Part shown: positions 56,213 through 64,000 of the stretch, piece after piece
How positions within the stretch are numbered: the first letter of the stretch is position 1
Layout: each line of letters begins with the position of its first letter
IMG/VR virus record: IMGVR_UViG_2862784999_000001
Span: 1 to 64,000 of that record
Source of the DNA: a virus
Lineage: Duplodnaviria; Caudoviricetes
Length of the DNA: 64,000 bases
Direction: 5' to 3' (one strand)
Notes under the pieces: generated by a model
What the model was told of the DNA's origin: nothing
Databases searched by the model: none
The model's input: the letters and a program-made list of their open reading frames with translations, nothing else
Made by a program: the position numbers and the translations under genes

Positions 56213-56614
56213 TCACGCACCCGCCTTCACGGGCCCGTAGGCGGCTGCGAGTTCGGCCGCCTGAGTGATGAGGTCGAGGACGTCGGCCAGATCCCGGCCG
56301 GGCTTCTCCGCCCAGGCGTCGATCTGCGCGAACGGCGCCTTCAAGTGGACCTGGAGGATCTGCTCCATCAGGTCCCGGCCGACAACCTGCGTATCCTCGT
56401 CGCCGACACCGTTAGCGCGGGCTGCCCGCATAGCTGCGGACAGGTCACGCTCGAAGGTGGGCTCCCAACCGGTCAGCTTCAAAAGATCGGCAGTCGCCGT
56501 CAGGTGTGCGGAGATACTGGCGCCGCTCGGGCGTTCACCGGACACACCGATCCACGTCGCAACCGGGATCCGGAACGACACAGCCTGCGCGGCGAAAGCG
56601 AAGTCAGCCATCAC
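56213..56614 (-). CDS. DUF6197-like protein (paralogue of 49051-49560)
   Basis: LTATADLLKLTGW...IDAWAEKPGR..DVLDLI. Confidence 0.6.
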   Translation of the reverse strand: MMADFAFAAQAVSFRIPVATWIGVSGERPSGASISAHLTATADLLKLTGWEPTFERDLSAAMRAARANGVGDEDTQVVGRDLMEQILQVHLKAPFAQIDAWAEKPGRDLADVLDLITQAAELAAAYGPVKAGA

Positions 56615-56844
56615 GCACCCACCTTCGGCCGGACGTAGGAGGCCAGGTCGTGCGCCAGGCGGTCCGCGGGAGACATCGCCGCGGTGGGCCTGTCGAGGGC
56701 GACGGCCTCGGCGAGGCTGACCGCGACGACCTCCGTGCCGTTGATGACCGCGGTGTCGCCGACGCCCATGCCGGACACGACCCGCTCGATACGGCGGTGC
56801 TCGGCGATGACGGGGCTGGTGTCGACCTCGATCGCGGCGCCCAT
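56611..56844 (-). CDS. Hypothetical protein
   Basis: Coupled at both start and stop. Confidence 0.55.
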   Translation of the reverse strand: MGAAIEVDTSPVIAEHRRIERVVSGMGVGDTAVINGTEVVAVSLAEAVALDRPTAAMSPADRLAHDLASYVRPKVGA

Positions 56845-57482
56845 CAGACGGCCTTCACGAGGAACAGCACCCCGGCGTCGGCGAGGATGCCCGCGTTCTC
56901 GGCGAGGTTCTGCTGCGCGTTGCTGATCGCGTAGAACTCCGCAGCCGACAGGCTTGCGGCGGGCTTTGCACTCAGCTCGTCGTAGCGGGCGGCGTTCGTC
57001 TTGTAGCGGGCGACGGCCTTCCGCACGGCCTCCGGGGCGGCGGCGCCGGCCATGGCTGCGCGGACAACGGGCAGGTCCGTGGGGTAGACCGCCGACTCCT
57101 CTTCCAGGTCGGTGGTGACCTGGACGGGGCCGACGCCCTGCACGTTCACGGTGAGGATGAGCTCGATGGCCATCCACGTGGACGAGCCGTCGGAGGTGCT
57201 GCGCTCGACGTGGCGGGCGGTGACGGTGCCGCCGACCCGCTCGAAGATGGCGTTCAGCTCGACCTGCGACCAGACGATGTGGCGGGTCGCGGTCTCGCCG
57301 AGGTCTTCGCGCGGCTGGTAGCTGCCGCGGAAGCCGAGCGCCTTGCCGACCTTGGCGGCCAGCTCGCGCTGCGGGGCGGCCAGGGCGTGCTCGATGCGGT
57401 GCATCGCCTGCACCGCCGCCGGGGGAAGCGGGGAGGTGGGGCGCTGGGCGCCCGCACGGTTCTGTACGATCTGCGTAGCCAC
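56844..57482 (-). CDS. Hypothetical protein, first gene of the transfer operon
   Basis: GAGGAG RBS before GTG at 57482. Confidence 0.7.
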   Translation of the reverse strand: MATQIVQNRAGAQRPTSPLPPAAVQAMHRIEHALAAPQRELAAKVGKALGFRGSYQPREDLGETATRHIVWSQVELNAIFERVGGTVTARHVERSTSDGSSTWMAIELILTVNVQGVGPVQVTTDLEEESAVYPTDLPVVRAAMAGAAAPEAVRKAVARYKTNAARYDELSAKPAASLSAAEFYAISNAQQNLAENAGILADAGVLFLVKAV

Positions 57483-57616
57483 AGGGTCTCCTCGTTAGAG
57501 CCTGGTGGTGAGGCCCTGGCCAGGGAGTGGAGTCCCTGAGCTGGGGCCGTTTTCGTTTGTGGGGCGCAGTCGGTGGAGCGACTGCTGACGCTTTGGGCGG
57601 TGGAGCGCCCTCGGCT

Positions 57617-57695
57617 TCAACACCATACTGAAGATGTTCTGAGGCTGTGTCAACACTCTATTGAGAACTGGCGCGTTGACTTCTACTCTGGCCTC
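57617..57695. promoter_or_regulatory. Divergent promoter/operator region
   Basis: Plus strand TTGAGA-17-TACTCT-6-ATG; minus strand TTGACA at 57653-57648; paired boxes TCAACACCATACTGA and TCAACACTCTATTGA. Confidence 0.6.
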
Positions 57696-58040
57696 ATGAC
57701 AGATGCGTTCACGGAGTCCCTGGAGGCGAAAGTCGCCGAAGTAGCAGCCATAGACGACCTGCTTGCGCGAGGCCTTGCCGCGCTCGAAGCCCGCCAGAAA
57801 CTGGCGTCGAGCGACCAGGACCTCTACGCGATCCAGCAAGCGGCCGTGCAAGGGCTGCGCCCAGGACGCACGTGGGCGGAAGTCGGAGAACTCTTCGGGC
57901 GCAGCTACGCCTGGGCGGAAGCCATCGCCAAGGGGCGGAGTTCGAAGCGGAGCAAGACTGACCATGCCGTCGAGTCAACGCCCCCCGCGGGCGCGGCAGA
58001 AGGACAGCCGACGGACACCGGCACGCCAGATCAGCCGTAG
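57696..58040 (+). CDS. HTH repressor divergent from the transfer operon (Kor/TraR-like position)
   Basis: GRTWAEVGELFGRSYAWAEAIAKG HTH; leaderless start. Confidence 0.7.
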   Translation: MTDAFTESLEAKVAEVAAIDDLLARGLAALEARQKLASSDQDLYAIQQAAVQGLRPGRTWAEVGELFGRSYAWAEAIAKGRSSKRSKTDHAVESTPPAGAAEGQPTDTGTPDQP

Positions 58041-58112
58041 GTAGACACGGGGGCGACACCGCCTAGCCGTCGCCCCGCCAGACCCGAGCGCCACGAGCAC
58101 GGGAGCCAGATA

Positions 58113-58763
58113 GTGGACGTCGCGACCTGGACAGGCCGTACCGCCTGCCTGCTTCAGCAGGCCATGCGGATGACCAACGAGGAGTTCGCCGAACGCCTCG
58201 GCCTGTCCGACCGAACGATCAGCCGATGGCATTCATCGCCCGCGATGACCCACCGGCCTGAAGTCCAGCAGATCTTGGACCTGGCATACGAGAGGGCAGG
58301 TGAGGCGGTGCACCGACGGTTCGCGCTCCTGATGCGACCAGCCGAGCCGGCTGTTGCCCAGCCAGCTGTTGCGGCGCAGGCGCTGCGGGTGGCGATAGCA
58401 GTCGTACTGCGCGGCGACGAGGTTCTCCTCGTGTGCCGCCGCGGGGACGGGGAGCTGCGCTGGCAGTTCCCGGCCGGCATGGTCAAGCCGGGCGCGGCGC
58501 CGGAGTCGGTGGCGGTGCAGGAGACGCACGGCGAGACCGGCGTGCACTGCACGATCCGCGCGCAGCTCGGCGAGCGCATCCACCCGGTGACCGGCGTGGT
58601 CGCCTCCTACTTCCTGGCCGATCACCTGGCCGGTGAGGCGTCGAACCGTGATCCGTTGGAGAACGTCGACGTGGCCTGGGTGCAGCGTTCGGCGTTGACC
58701 CGCTTCATTCCGCAGGACCAGATTTTCCCGCCCATCCTGAACGCCCTGGAGGCTGCTGCGTGA
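58113..58763 (+). CDS. XRE-HTH fused to a degenerate Nudix domain
   Basis: MTNEEFAERLGLSDRTISRW followed by WQFPAGMVKPGAAPESVAVQETHGETG. Confidence 0.85.
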   Translation: MDVATWTGRTACLLQQAMRMTNEEFAERLGLSDRTISRWHSSPAMTHRPEVQQILDLAYERAGEAVHRRFALLMRPAEPAVAQPAVAAQALRVAIAVVLRGDEVLLVCRRGDGELRWQFPAGMVKPGAAPESVAVQETHGETGVHCTIRAQLGERIHPVTGVVASYFLADHLAGEASNRDPLENVDVAWVQRSALTRFIPQDQIFPPILNALEAAA

Positions 58764-59173
58764 CGACCGAGACGACGACCGAGAAGCCTCCCGTATCGGT
58801 GGCGATCATCACCGACGGCGGCAAAGTCCTGATGGCGCGCCGCAGGGCCGCGGAGGGCGAGATCTCGTGGGTGTTCCCGGGGGGCGCGATCGAGGCCGGC
58901 GAGTCGCCGGAGCAGGCTGCGGTCCGCGAGGTCGACGAGGAGACCGGGCTGAAGGTCGAGTCGGTCAAGGTGCTCGGCGACCGGGTGCATCCGAAGAGCG
59001 GGGTGCCGATGCACTACGTCGCGGTGCGCCTGGTCGGCGGGGAGGCCCGGGTCGCGGACGATGAGGAGCTCGACGCCGTCGCCTGGATCACGCACGCCGA
59101 GATCGCCGACTACGTGCCCTACGGCCTGTTCGGGCCGGTGCAGGAGTACCTCGACGAGGTCCTGCCGCACTGA
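58760..59173 (+). CDS. Nudix hydrolase
   Basis: Canonical box GAIEAGESPEQAAVREVDEETGL; GTGA-coupled. Confidence 0.92.
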   Translation: MTTETTTEKPPVSVAIITDGGKVLMARRRAAEGEISWVFPGGAIEAGESPEQAAVREVDEETGLKVESVKVLGDRVHPKSGVPMHYVAVRLVGGEARVADDEELDAVAWITHAEIADYVPYGLFGPVQEYLDEVLPH

Positions 59174-59491
59174 TCGAGTTTCAGCCACGTTCCGGCCGGA
59201 TTGTCGCGGGCATCCCGTAGACACTCGCTGCACCCAGCAGCATTCACCGACATGGGGCAGCAGTCAGCGTCATCCAGCGACACCGAAGTGCGGGCCGGTT
59301 ACGTAGACAGCTGCACGAAACCGCAGCTCAGGCCACCTACCGAAAAGCGCACGCTGCACCATCGAGATCCTGCCGACAGAGGTAGGTTCCAGAAACGCGA
59401 ACGGCCCGGTGCGTCAACACCGGGCCGGTTCAACCAGCGGTACCAGCCGCTGATCATCCGTTCACTCACGCCAGCGAGAGAGGGACTATCC

Positions 59492-59797
59492 ATGAGCGTA
59501 GCGCAAGGCTGCACGCTGCCCCAGACCGAATCCCCGAGCACTGCCGACCTGCTCGACACCCCACTCCCCCAGTTGCTGGCCGACCTGGGCGCCGTGCTGG
59601 TCGAGTCCGGGATCACCGAGTACGGGTTCTCCGGGTACGCGCATCGGGAGGGTGGCCGGCTGCTGTTGGCGATGCGCCGGGGGCAGCCGGCGCTGGAGCG
59701 GGACTGTGTCGCGCGGGCGCTGCTGGGTAACGCGCTGGGGGTTCCGATGCCGGAGCTTCCGGAGCCGTTCCGGGTGTCTGACCTGGCGACGCTGTAG
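59492..59797 (+). CDS. Hypothetical protein
   Basis: GAGGG RBS; LLDTPL..LL...ERD.VARALL. Confidence 0.65.
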   Translation: MSVAQGCTLPQTESPSTADLLDTPLPQLLADLGAVLVESGITEYGFSGYAHREGGRLLLAMRRGQPALERDCVARALLGNALGVPMPELPEPFRVSDLATL

Positions 59798-59808
59798 CTC
59801 CTTCCACT

Positions 59809-59851
59809 CTATGCACCCCTGCATTGACAGGAGCTATGCAGGGGTGCATAG
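59809..59851 (+). promoter_or_regulatory. Promoter within a perfect 16-bp inverted repeat (two operators)
   Basis: CTATGCACCCCTGCAT-N11-ATGCAGGGGTGCATAG containing TTGACA-17-CATAGT. Confidence 0.75.
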
Positions 59852-59890
59852 TTACCGACGTCGGAGCACCACAGACCAGCAGGGGGCGTC

Positions 59891-60385
59891 ATGTTCAGCG
59901 AGATCGGCGAGCGATACCGCAGCGAGAACGGCACCACCTACATCGTCGTCGAACCCAGCACACCGGGCAGTGGCGGCGCCCTGCTGCTCGAAGACTTCGA
60001 GATCCTGGAGAAGCCCGACAGCTTCGACTGGGGCCCCGCGCTCATCGCCTCGGGCAACATGGACGGCCCCCTCACCCGCATCGACGACAACCCGGAAATG
60101 ACGCGCCTGGTACTCAAGCGCATGGAGCGCATCCGGATTGAAGAGGCCGTGTGGGCGAAGGTGCCGGCCGACCAGCACCGGCGGTTCTACAACGCGATGG
60201 TCGACGTCCAGCGCTGCACGGTAGCGATGGACAAGGCGCAGGCCGAAGTCCTCGCTTACGCCGGAACGCGGGCCCGCGAGCTGCAGAAGATGGTCGACAT
60301 CGTCGGCAGCCAGTCCGCCGTGGCGCGACTGCTCGACGTCGAGCAGTCAACGATCAGCCGGGCGCTGCGACACCAGAACGACTAG
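59891..60385 (+). CDS. Protein with C-terminal HTH
   Basis: GSQSAVARLLDVEQSTISRAL. Confidence 0.75.
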   Translation: MFSEIGERYRSENGTTYIVVEPSTPGSGGALLLEDFEILEKPDSFDWGPALIASGNMDGPLTRIDDNPEMTRLVLKRMERIRIEEAVWAKVPADQHRRFYNAMVDVQRCTVAMDKAQAEVLAYAGTRARELQKMVDIVGSQSAVARLLDVEQSTISRALRHQND

Positions 60386-60395
60386 GACGGCCGCC

Positions 60396-60433
60396 AAAGC
60401 CCCCGCCACCTCGGTCGAGGTGGCGGGGGCTTT
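60396..60433 (+). terminator. Intrinsic terminator
   Basis: AAAGCCCCCGCCACCTCG-GT-CGAGGTGGCGGGGGCTTT. Confidence 0.8.
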
Positions 60434-60486
60434 CGCGTGTGAGCTGGGGTTTTCAACTCGGCTGTCACTCATTCTAGTTACACCCC

Positions 60487-60518
60487 TTGCCATAACGTAG
60501 CGCGGCGCTACATTATGG
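60487..60518 (+). promoter_or_regulatory. Promoter with a 29-bp near-perfect palindromic operator
   Basis: CCATAACGTAGCGCGGCGCTACATTATGG overlapping TTGCCA and TACATT/CATTAT. Confidence 0.7.
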
Positions 60519-60541
60519 AGTCATCGACCAAGGGGGACCCG

Positions 60542-61084
60542 ATGAACACCACCGCCGCCGCACTCCAGGCCAACGTCACCGTCGCCACCATCCGCACCTG
60601 GTGCCGCCGCGGCGTCGTCACCGCCGCCAAGCAGGCCGGACGCTGGATCATCGACACCGCCTCCCTCGCCGCCCGCATCGCCATCGGCGCCATGCGCACC
60701 CGGAAGGCCACCCACGTGATCGACCTCAACGCGACCTACAGCGGCCAGCTGCTCCCCGACGAGGCGCCCCGGACGTTCACCGTCACGGTCAAGCGGCGCG
60801 TCTCCCCCGACGGCGAGCACCTCACCGTCATCCGCAGCATCATTCCCCTGGTTGCCGACAAGCTCGACGCCATCGCCGATCTCGGCGACCGCATCGCGAG
60901 CCTCAACGCTCTGGCGGGGGCGAACATCGTCATCAGCGACACCGCGCACGACGACTGGGAGGGTGACCCGATCGCCCGCGAGCGTGGACTGTTGCGCACC
61001 ACCTACCGCGGCGGCGCAGCCGGAATCTCTGTCGACGACGTGTTCGAGCTTGCGGCCCAGATCCGCACCCAACTCGCGGCCTGA
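60542..61084 (+). CDS. N-terminal excisionase-like HTH domain protein
   Basis: MNTTAAALQANVTVATIRTWCRRGVVTAAKQAGRWIID. Confidence 0.8.
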   Translation: MNTTAAALQANVTVATIRTWCRRGVVTAAKQAGRWIIDTASLAARIAIGAMRTRKATHVIDLNATYSGQLLPDEAPRTFTVTVKRRVSPDGEHLTVIRSIIPLVADKLDAIADLGDRIASLNALAGANIVISDTAHDDWEGDPIARERGLLRTTYRGGAAGISVDDVFELAAQIRTQLAA

Positions 61085-61108
61085 CAGCGCCCAACAAGGA
61101 GCCCCGAA

Positions 61109-61816
61109 GTGATCCCCGCCTTCCCGCCCATGCCGGATCAGGACGTCCCGTTCTTCGTGCAGACGTCCGGAACCTACGACACCGACGACTGGGGTGACCT
61201 GGAACGTCACGGCATCGACCCCGACCGCGACTGGTGGTGCGAGGTGGTCCTCCGAACGAGGAGGAGCGACGCCATCGCGAGCCTGTATCCGCCCGGCGCG
61301 CAGCGTCACCAGCCCCTCGTGGAGTTCATCCTCGGCGCCGACGACCTGTACGAGGCCGAGGCTGTCGCGCACCGCGCCATCCGCGTCGGCCGTTCGATCG
61401 CCGCACTCCTCGTCGATCCGGCCGACGCGGCTGCCTGGCAGGCGCTACGAGGACAGGGGCTGCCGGCCGCGCATGTGGATGAGATCAGGTCGTGGCTCCG
61501 GGCCGTCGAGGAACTGGGGCACCGCTGGGAGCCCCTCACTCTGGAGGCCTCGGGCTGGGCCGGCGAGTTGTGGACGGTGTCGATGATCGCCGAGTACCTC
61601 GGATACGAGGGCGCGTCCGCCACCAACAGTGCCCGCGTCTGGCTCTCCCGCAAGGGGATCAAGCCGGAGGGTCGCCAGACAGGGCGCCACGGACAGACCG
61701 AATACGACGCTGATCTGATCCGTCAGGCGAAAGAGGCCAGCCCAGGCAAGGGGCGGCGTGGCGCCCAGCGAACAGGTGGGCGCTTCACGGGCGCGGCCAC
61801 TCCCTCGCCAGAATGA
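61109..61816 (+). CDS. Hypothetical protein with C-terminal HTH
   Basis: LWTVSMIAEYLGY...ARVWLSRKG; AAGGAG RBS. Confidence 0.7.
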   Translation: MIPAFPPMPDQDVPFFVQTSGTYDTDDWGDLERHGIDPDRDWWCEVVLRTRRSDAIASLYPPGAQRHQPLVEFILGADDLYEAEAVAHRAIRVGRSIAALLVDPADAAAWQALRGQGLPAAHVDEIRSWLRAVEELGHRWEPLTLEASGWAGELWTVSMIAEYLGYEGASATNSARVWLSRKGIKPEGRQTGRHGQTEYDADLIRQAKEASPGKGRRGAQRTGGRFTGAATPSPE

Positions 61817-61861
61817 GCGACCCGCCCCCGCTCCGGTACCCGGGCGGGGGCTTCGTCGTGT

Positions 61862-62347
61862 TCACCGTCGTCGTCGGGCTGGCCCATACGGGCTCTGCCA
61901 CGCCGGCCGATCACGGGGGCGGACGGGCTTGCAGTCGGCGTCGATGACCCCGGCCTGCTTGAGGGAGTCGAGGGAGCGGGCGATGTTCCGGCCTGCTTCC
62001 TCGACGGCGGGCTTGACGGACTCGTAGAGGGTGCGGGCCAGTACGTCGAGGATCTCGCGGGCGCGGCGGGCTCGTTCGATCTGGACTCGCCGTATCTGTT
62101 CCTGAAGTTCCTGCCAGGCACGCATGAACGCTTCGTCCGGGGCTGGCAGTTCAGTGTGGAAAACCAGGCCGGTGGCGTGCCCGAGCTCCTGCCACTCACC
62201 CGCCTCGTCGGCGACGAACACGCTCGGGGTGACGCCCTGGAAGCCGGCCGGGTCGACGGCGGGCTGGCTGCGCATCGCGTCGCCGCTGACCGTCCAGTCG
62301 TCGAGGGTGGAATCGATCTGCTGGAGGATGTCGTCGGCTCGGGTCAC
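61862..62347 (-). CDS. Hypothetical protein
   Basis: IDSTL.DW.VS.DAMR...DRPAWQSPYGP. Confidence 0.65.
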   Translation of the reverse strand: MTRADDILQQIDSTLDDWTVSGDAMRSQPAVDPAGFQGVTPSVFVADEAGEWQELGHATGLVFHTELPAPDEAFMRAWQELQEQIRRVQIERARRAREILDVLARTLYESVKPAVEEAGRNIARSLDSLKQAGVIDADCKPVRPRDRPAWQSPYGPARRRR

Positions 62348-62823
62348 GGCTGGGTCCTCACGCATTCGGGATGCAGTTCGGCCGGTGCGAGCCCGGCCTG
62401 ATCAGCGCGGCTACAGGCAGGGCACGGCGCTGGCTCGGTCGCTGCCGGTTCGTTGGGTGCGACCCGCAGTTGCGCCTCCCGGATGATCCCGTCGGTGTTC
62501 CACCAGGGCTGGCCAGCCTCGCCCAGAGCGACGCCGTCGAGGATGTCGAGCATCGCTTCCGCGTGGCGGAAGATGCGGTTCAGGGCGTCGTCTTCGGCGA
62601 GATAGCCGTGCCCGCACGGGTGCATGACGATCGGCTGCGCGAGTGTCGCCAGCCGGCTTGGCAACACCTCGACCTTGATCACGTGACTGCGGCATGTCGA
62701 GCAGCGCGGGTACGGAAGCAGGATGGCGGCGCCGTCTCGCATCCGACGCCTCCGGTATTCGATGATCACCACCCAGGCGAGGAGTTCGGCATCCGTCAGG
62801 GGGCACACGTCGAGGTCGTTCAC
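62344..62823 (-). CDS. Zn-binding hypothetical protein
   Basis: CSTC...PCGH...CPAC. Confidence 0.55.
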   Translation of the reverse strand: MNDLDVCPLTDAELLAWVVIIEYRRRRMRDGAAILLPYPRCSTCRSHVIKVEVLPSRLATLAQPIVMHPCGHGYLAEDDALNRIFRHAEAMLDILDGVALGEAGQPWWNTDGIIREAQLRVAPNEPAATEPAPCPACSRADQAGLAPAELHPECVRTQP

Positions 62824-63065
62824 GGCTGCTCCTTGGCCTGGCCAGTGGGTCCCGCGATCGCGTCGTGCAGCTCGATGAGCCGCTTGTCCCACCAGCGGGC
62901 GAGCGGTACACCGAGCGGGGGCGCGCCTTCCTTCACCCACCGCTCGTACAGGGCGATCACGCGGGTGACGTCGGCTTCGGCGGATCGGTGGAGTCCGGCG
63001 AAGACGCGGGCCGTGGTCTCCGCGTCGGTCGCTTCGGTCGCTGCCTGCTCGGGCTGGTCGGTCAT
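62820..63065 (-). CDS. Hypothetical protein
   Basis: PPLGVPLARWWDKRLIELH. Confidence 0.65.
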   Translation of the reverse strand: MTDQPEQAATEATDAETTARVFAGLHRSAEADVTRVIALYERWVKEGAPPLGVPLARWWDKRLIELHDAIAGPTGQAKEQP

Positions 63066-63379
63066 GGTCGGTTTCCTCCGCAGGCGTGGACTCGGATGGT
63101 TCCGTCGTTCTTCGGCTCGTACAGGCGGTGGCAGTTAGGGCAGGGAATCTTGGGCTGGCCGGGTTCGATGAGGGCTGCAATGTCGGTGTCGAGGTCGAGC
63201 CAGACGAGCAGGGTGACCAGGGCGTCGGCTTCGATGCCGCGCCCGTTACCCATGCGGGTGAAGACGCTGACGGGCAGGCCGACTTGGCGGCCGACTCCGC
63301 GCCAGGACAGGCCGAGGCTGCGGCGCTGGATGTCGAGGCGGCGGTGGAGTTCGGGAACGTCGAGGCGGTGGCTGCTCAT
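63062..63379 (-). CDS. XRE-like HTH protein
   Basis: LDIQRRSLGLSWRGVGRQVGLPVSVFTRMGNG. Confidence 0.75.
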   Translation of the reverse strand: MSSHRLDVPELHRRLDIQRRSLGLSWRGVGRQVGLPVSVFTRMGNGRGIEADALVTLLVWLDLDTDIAALIEPGQPKIPCPNCHRLYEPKNDGTIRVHACGGNRP

Positions 63380-63774
63380 CCGGCCGCCTCCATCGCCCAG
63401 GCCCGGTCGGCTGCGGCCTCGAACAGATGGGCCAGCTGCTCGCTGGTGTGGGTGGCGGCCCAGCCGGTGACGGCTTTGTGGGCGCGGGCTACGCGCTGGG
63501 CGAAGTAGCCGGCCTGCCAGCTGATGTCGGGCCAGCCTTGGTCGGTGACTTCGGGGTCGACGAGACCGCCGAGGAGGATGAGGGCGACGCCTTCGGCTAT
63601 GGCGTGGTCTGGGGTGATGACCGCGGCGAAGTCTTCGAACGTTGCCGTACCGAAGAGGGCGCGCCGCAGGGCCATGATCGGACCGTCCACAGCGTAGGCG
63701 GCAGCCTCGGCGAGTCCGGTCGAGATTGTCGGGGCGGTGGGAAGCGCGGCGAGTTCCGCGACGGACAAGGTCAT
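63376..63774 (-). CDS. Hypothetical protein
   Basis: ATGA-coupled on both sides. Confidence 0.65.
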   Translation of the reverse strand: MTLSVAELAALPTAPTISTGLAEAAAYAVDGPIMALRRALFGTATFEDFAAVITPDHAIAEGVALILLGGLVDPEVTDQGWPDISWQAGYFAQRVARAHKAVTGWAATHTSEQLAHLFEAAADRAWAMEAAG

Positions 63775-64000
63775 GCTGCCCGCTCCCGATTGTCGGGTCG
63801 GACGGTGATGTCGATGACGTGCCCGGCCAGCCCGAGGATGCCTTCAGCCCAGGTGAGGGTGAGGGTGGCGTTGCCGGTCAGCATCATGTTCAGGTGCTTG
63901 GTGGACACGCCGAGCTGTCGGGCAACCTCGGCCTGGCTGAGGCCGGCAGCGGCGAGGGCGGCGCGGACCTGGGCGCGGAGTTGCTCCTCGGCGGTGGACT
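63771..64000 (-). CDS. XRE-family HTH protein (5' end outside the window)
   Basis: LRAQVRAALAAAGLSQAEVARQLGVSTKHLNMMLTG. Confidence 0.75.
   Translation of the reverse strand, partial: STAEEQLRAQVRAALAAAGLSQAEVARQLGVSTKHLNMMLTGNATLTLTWAEGILGLAGHVIDITVRPDNRERAA

Larger units (their letters stand above)
90..64000. mobile_element. Integrated temperate siphovirus prophage (actinobacterial, probably Streptomyces) with a plasmid/AICE-like transfer module; continues beyond the right edge
   Basis: Complete terS-terL-portal-scaffold-capsid-head/tail-TMP-minor tail-lysis synteny at 11-33 kb; att-like junction at the left edge; phage-type small ORFs up to 64000. Confidence 0.93.

Overview
This high-GC window is mostly the left ~64 kb of an integrated Streptomyces-type siphovirus prophage, read largely on the minus strand. 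The left junction is at about 1-270: an orphaned 3' fragment of a chorismate mutase gene followed by arm-type repeats. From left to right the window holds an accessory arm (XRE/GntR/RHH regulators, an ImmA/IrrE homologue lacking its catalytic Glu, a DUF6233-like gene plus an ATP-dependent ligase), a tyrosine recombinase and Endo VII module with its own dif/lox-like site, a lysis cassette, and a complete tail/head/packaging operon. A GT-B glycosyltransferase is coupled directly to the major capsid gene. Upstream of the terminase are two fibre modules; one (small beta subunit, 919-aa scaffold with about 24 x 20-aa Ala/Thr repeats, Ig-like adaptor) runs straight into GT-A glycosyltransferase, SAM methyltransferase and NDP-sugar epimerase genes. 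At 48.5-59.2 kb is a plasmid/AICE-type transfer region: TraB-like FtsK ATPase, a phased 11-bp head-to-head repeat array (clt candidate), a Spd-like membrane protein, a divergent repressor and two Nudix genes. The best candidates for new biology are a glycosylated, repeat-templated virion filament and a morphogenesis-complete prophage with its own conjugation and resolution machinery. The right junction, the site integrase and the replication genes are not visible in the window. All product calls come from motif recognition and synteny by eye; no database searches were run.
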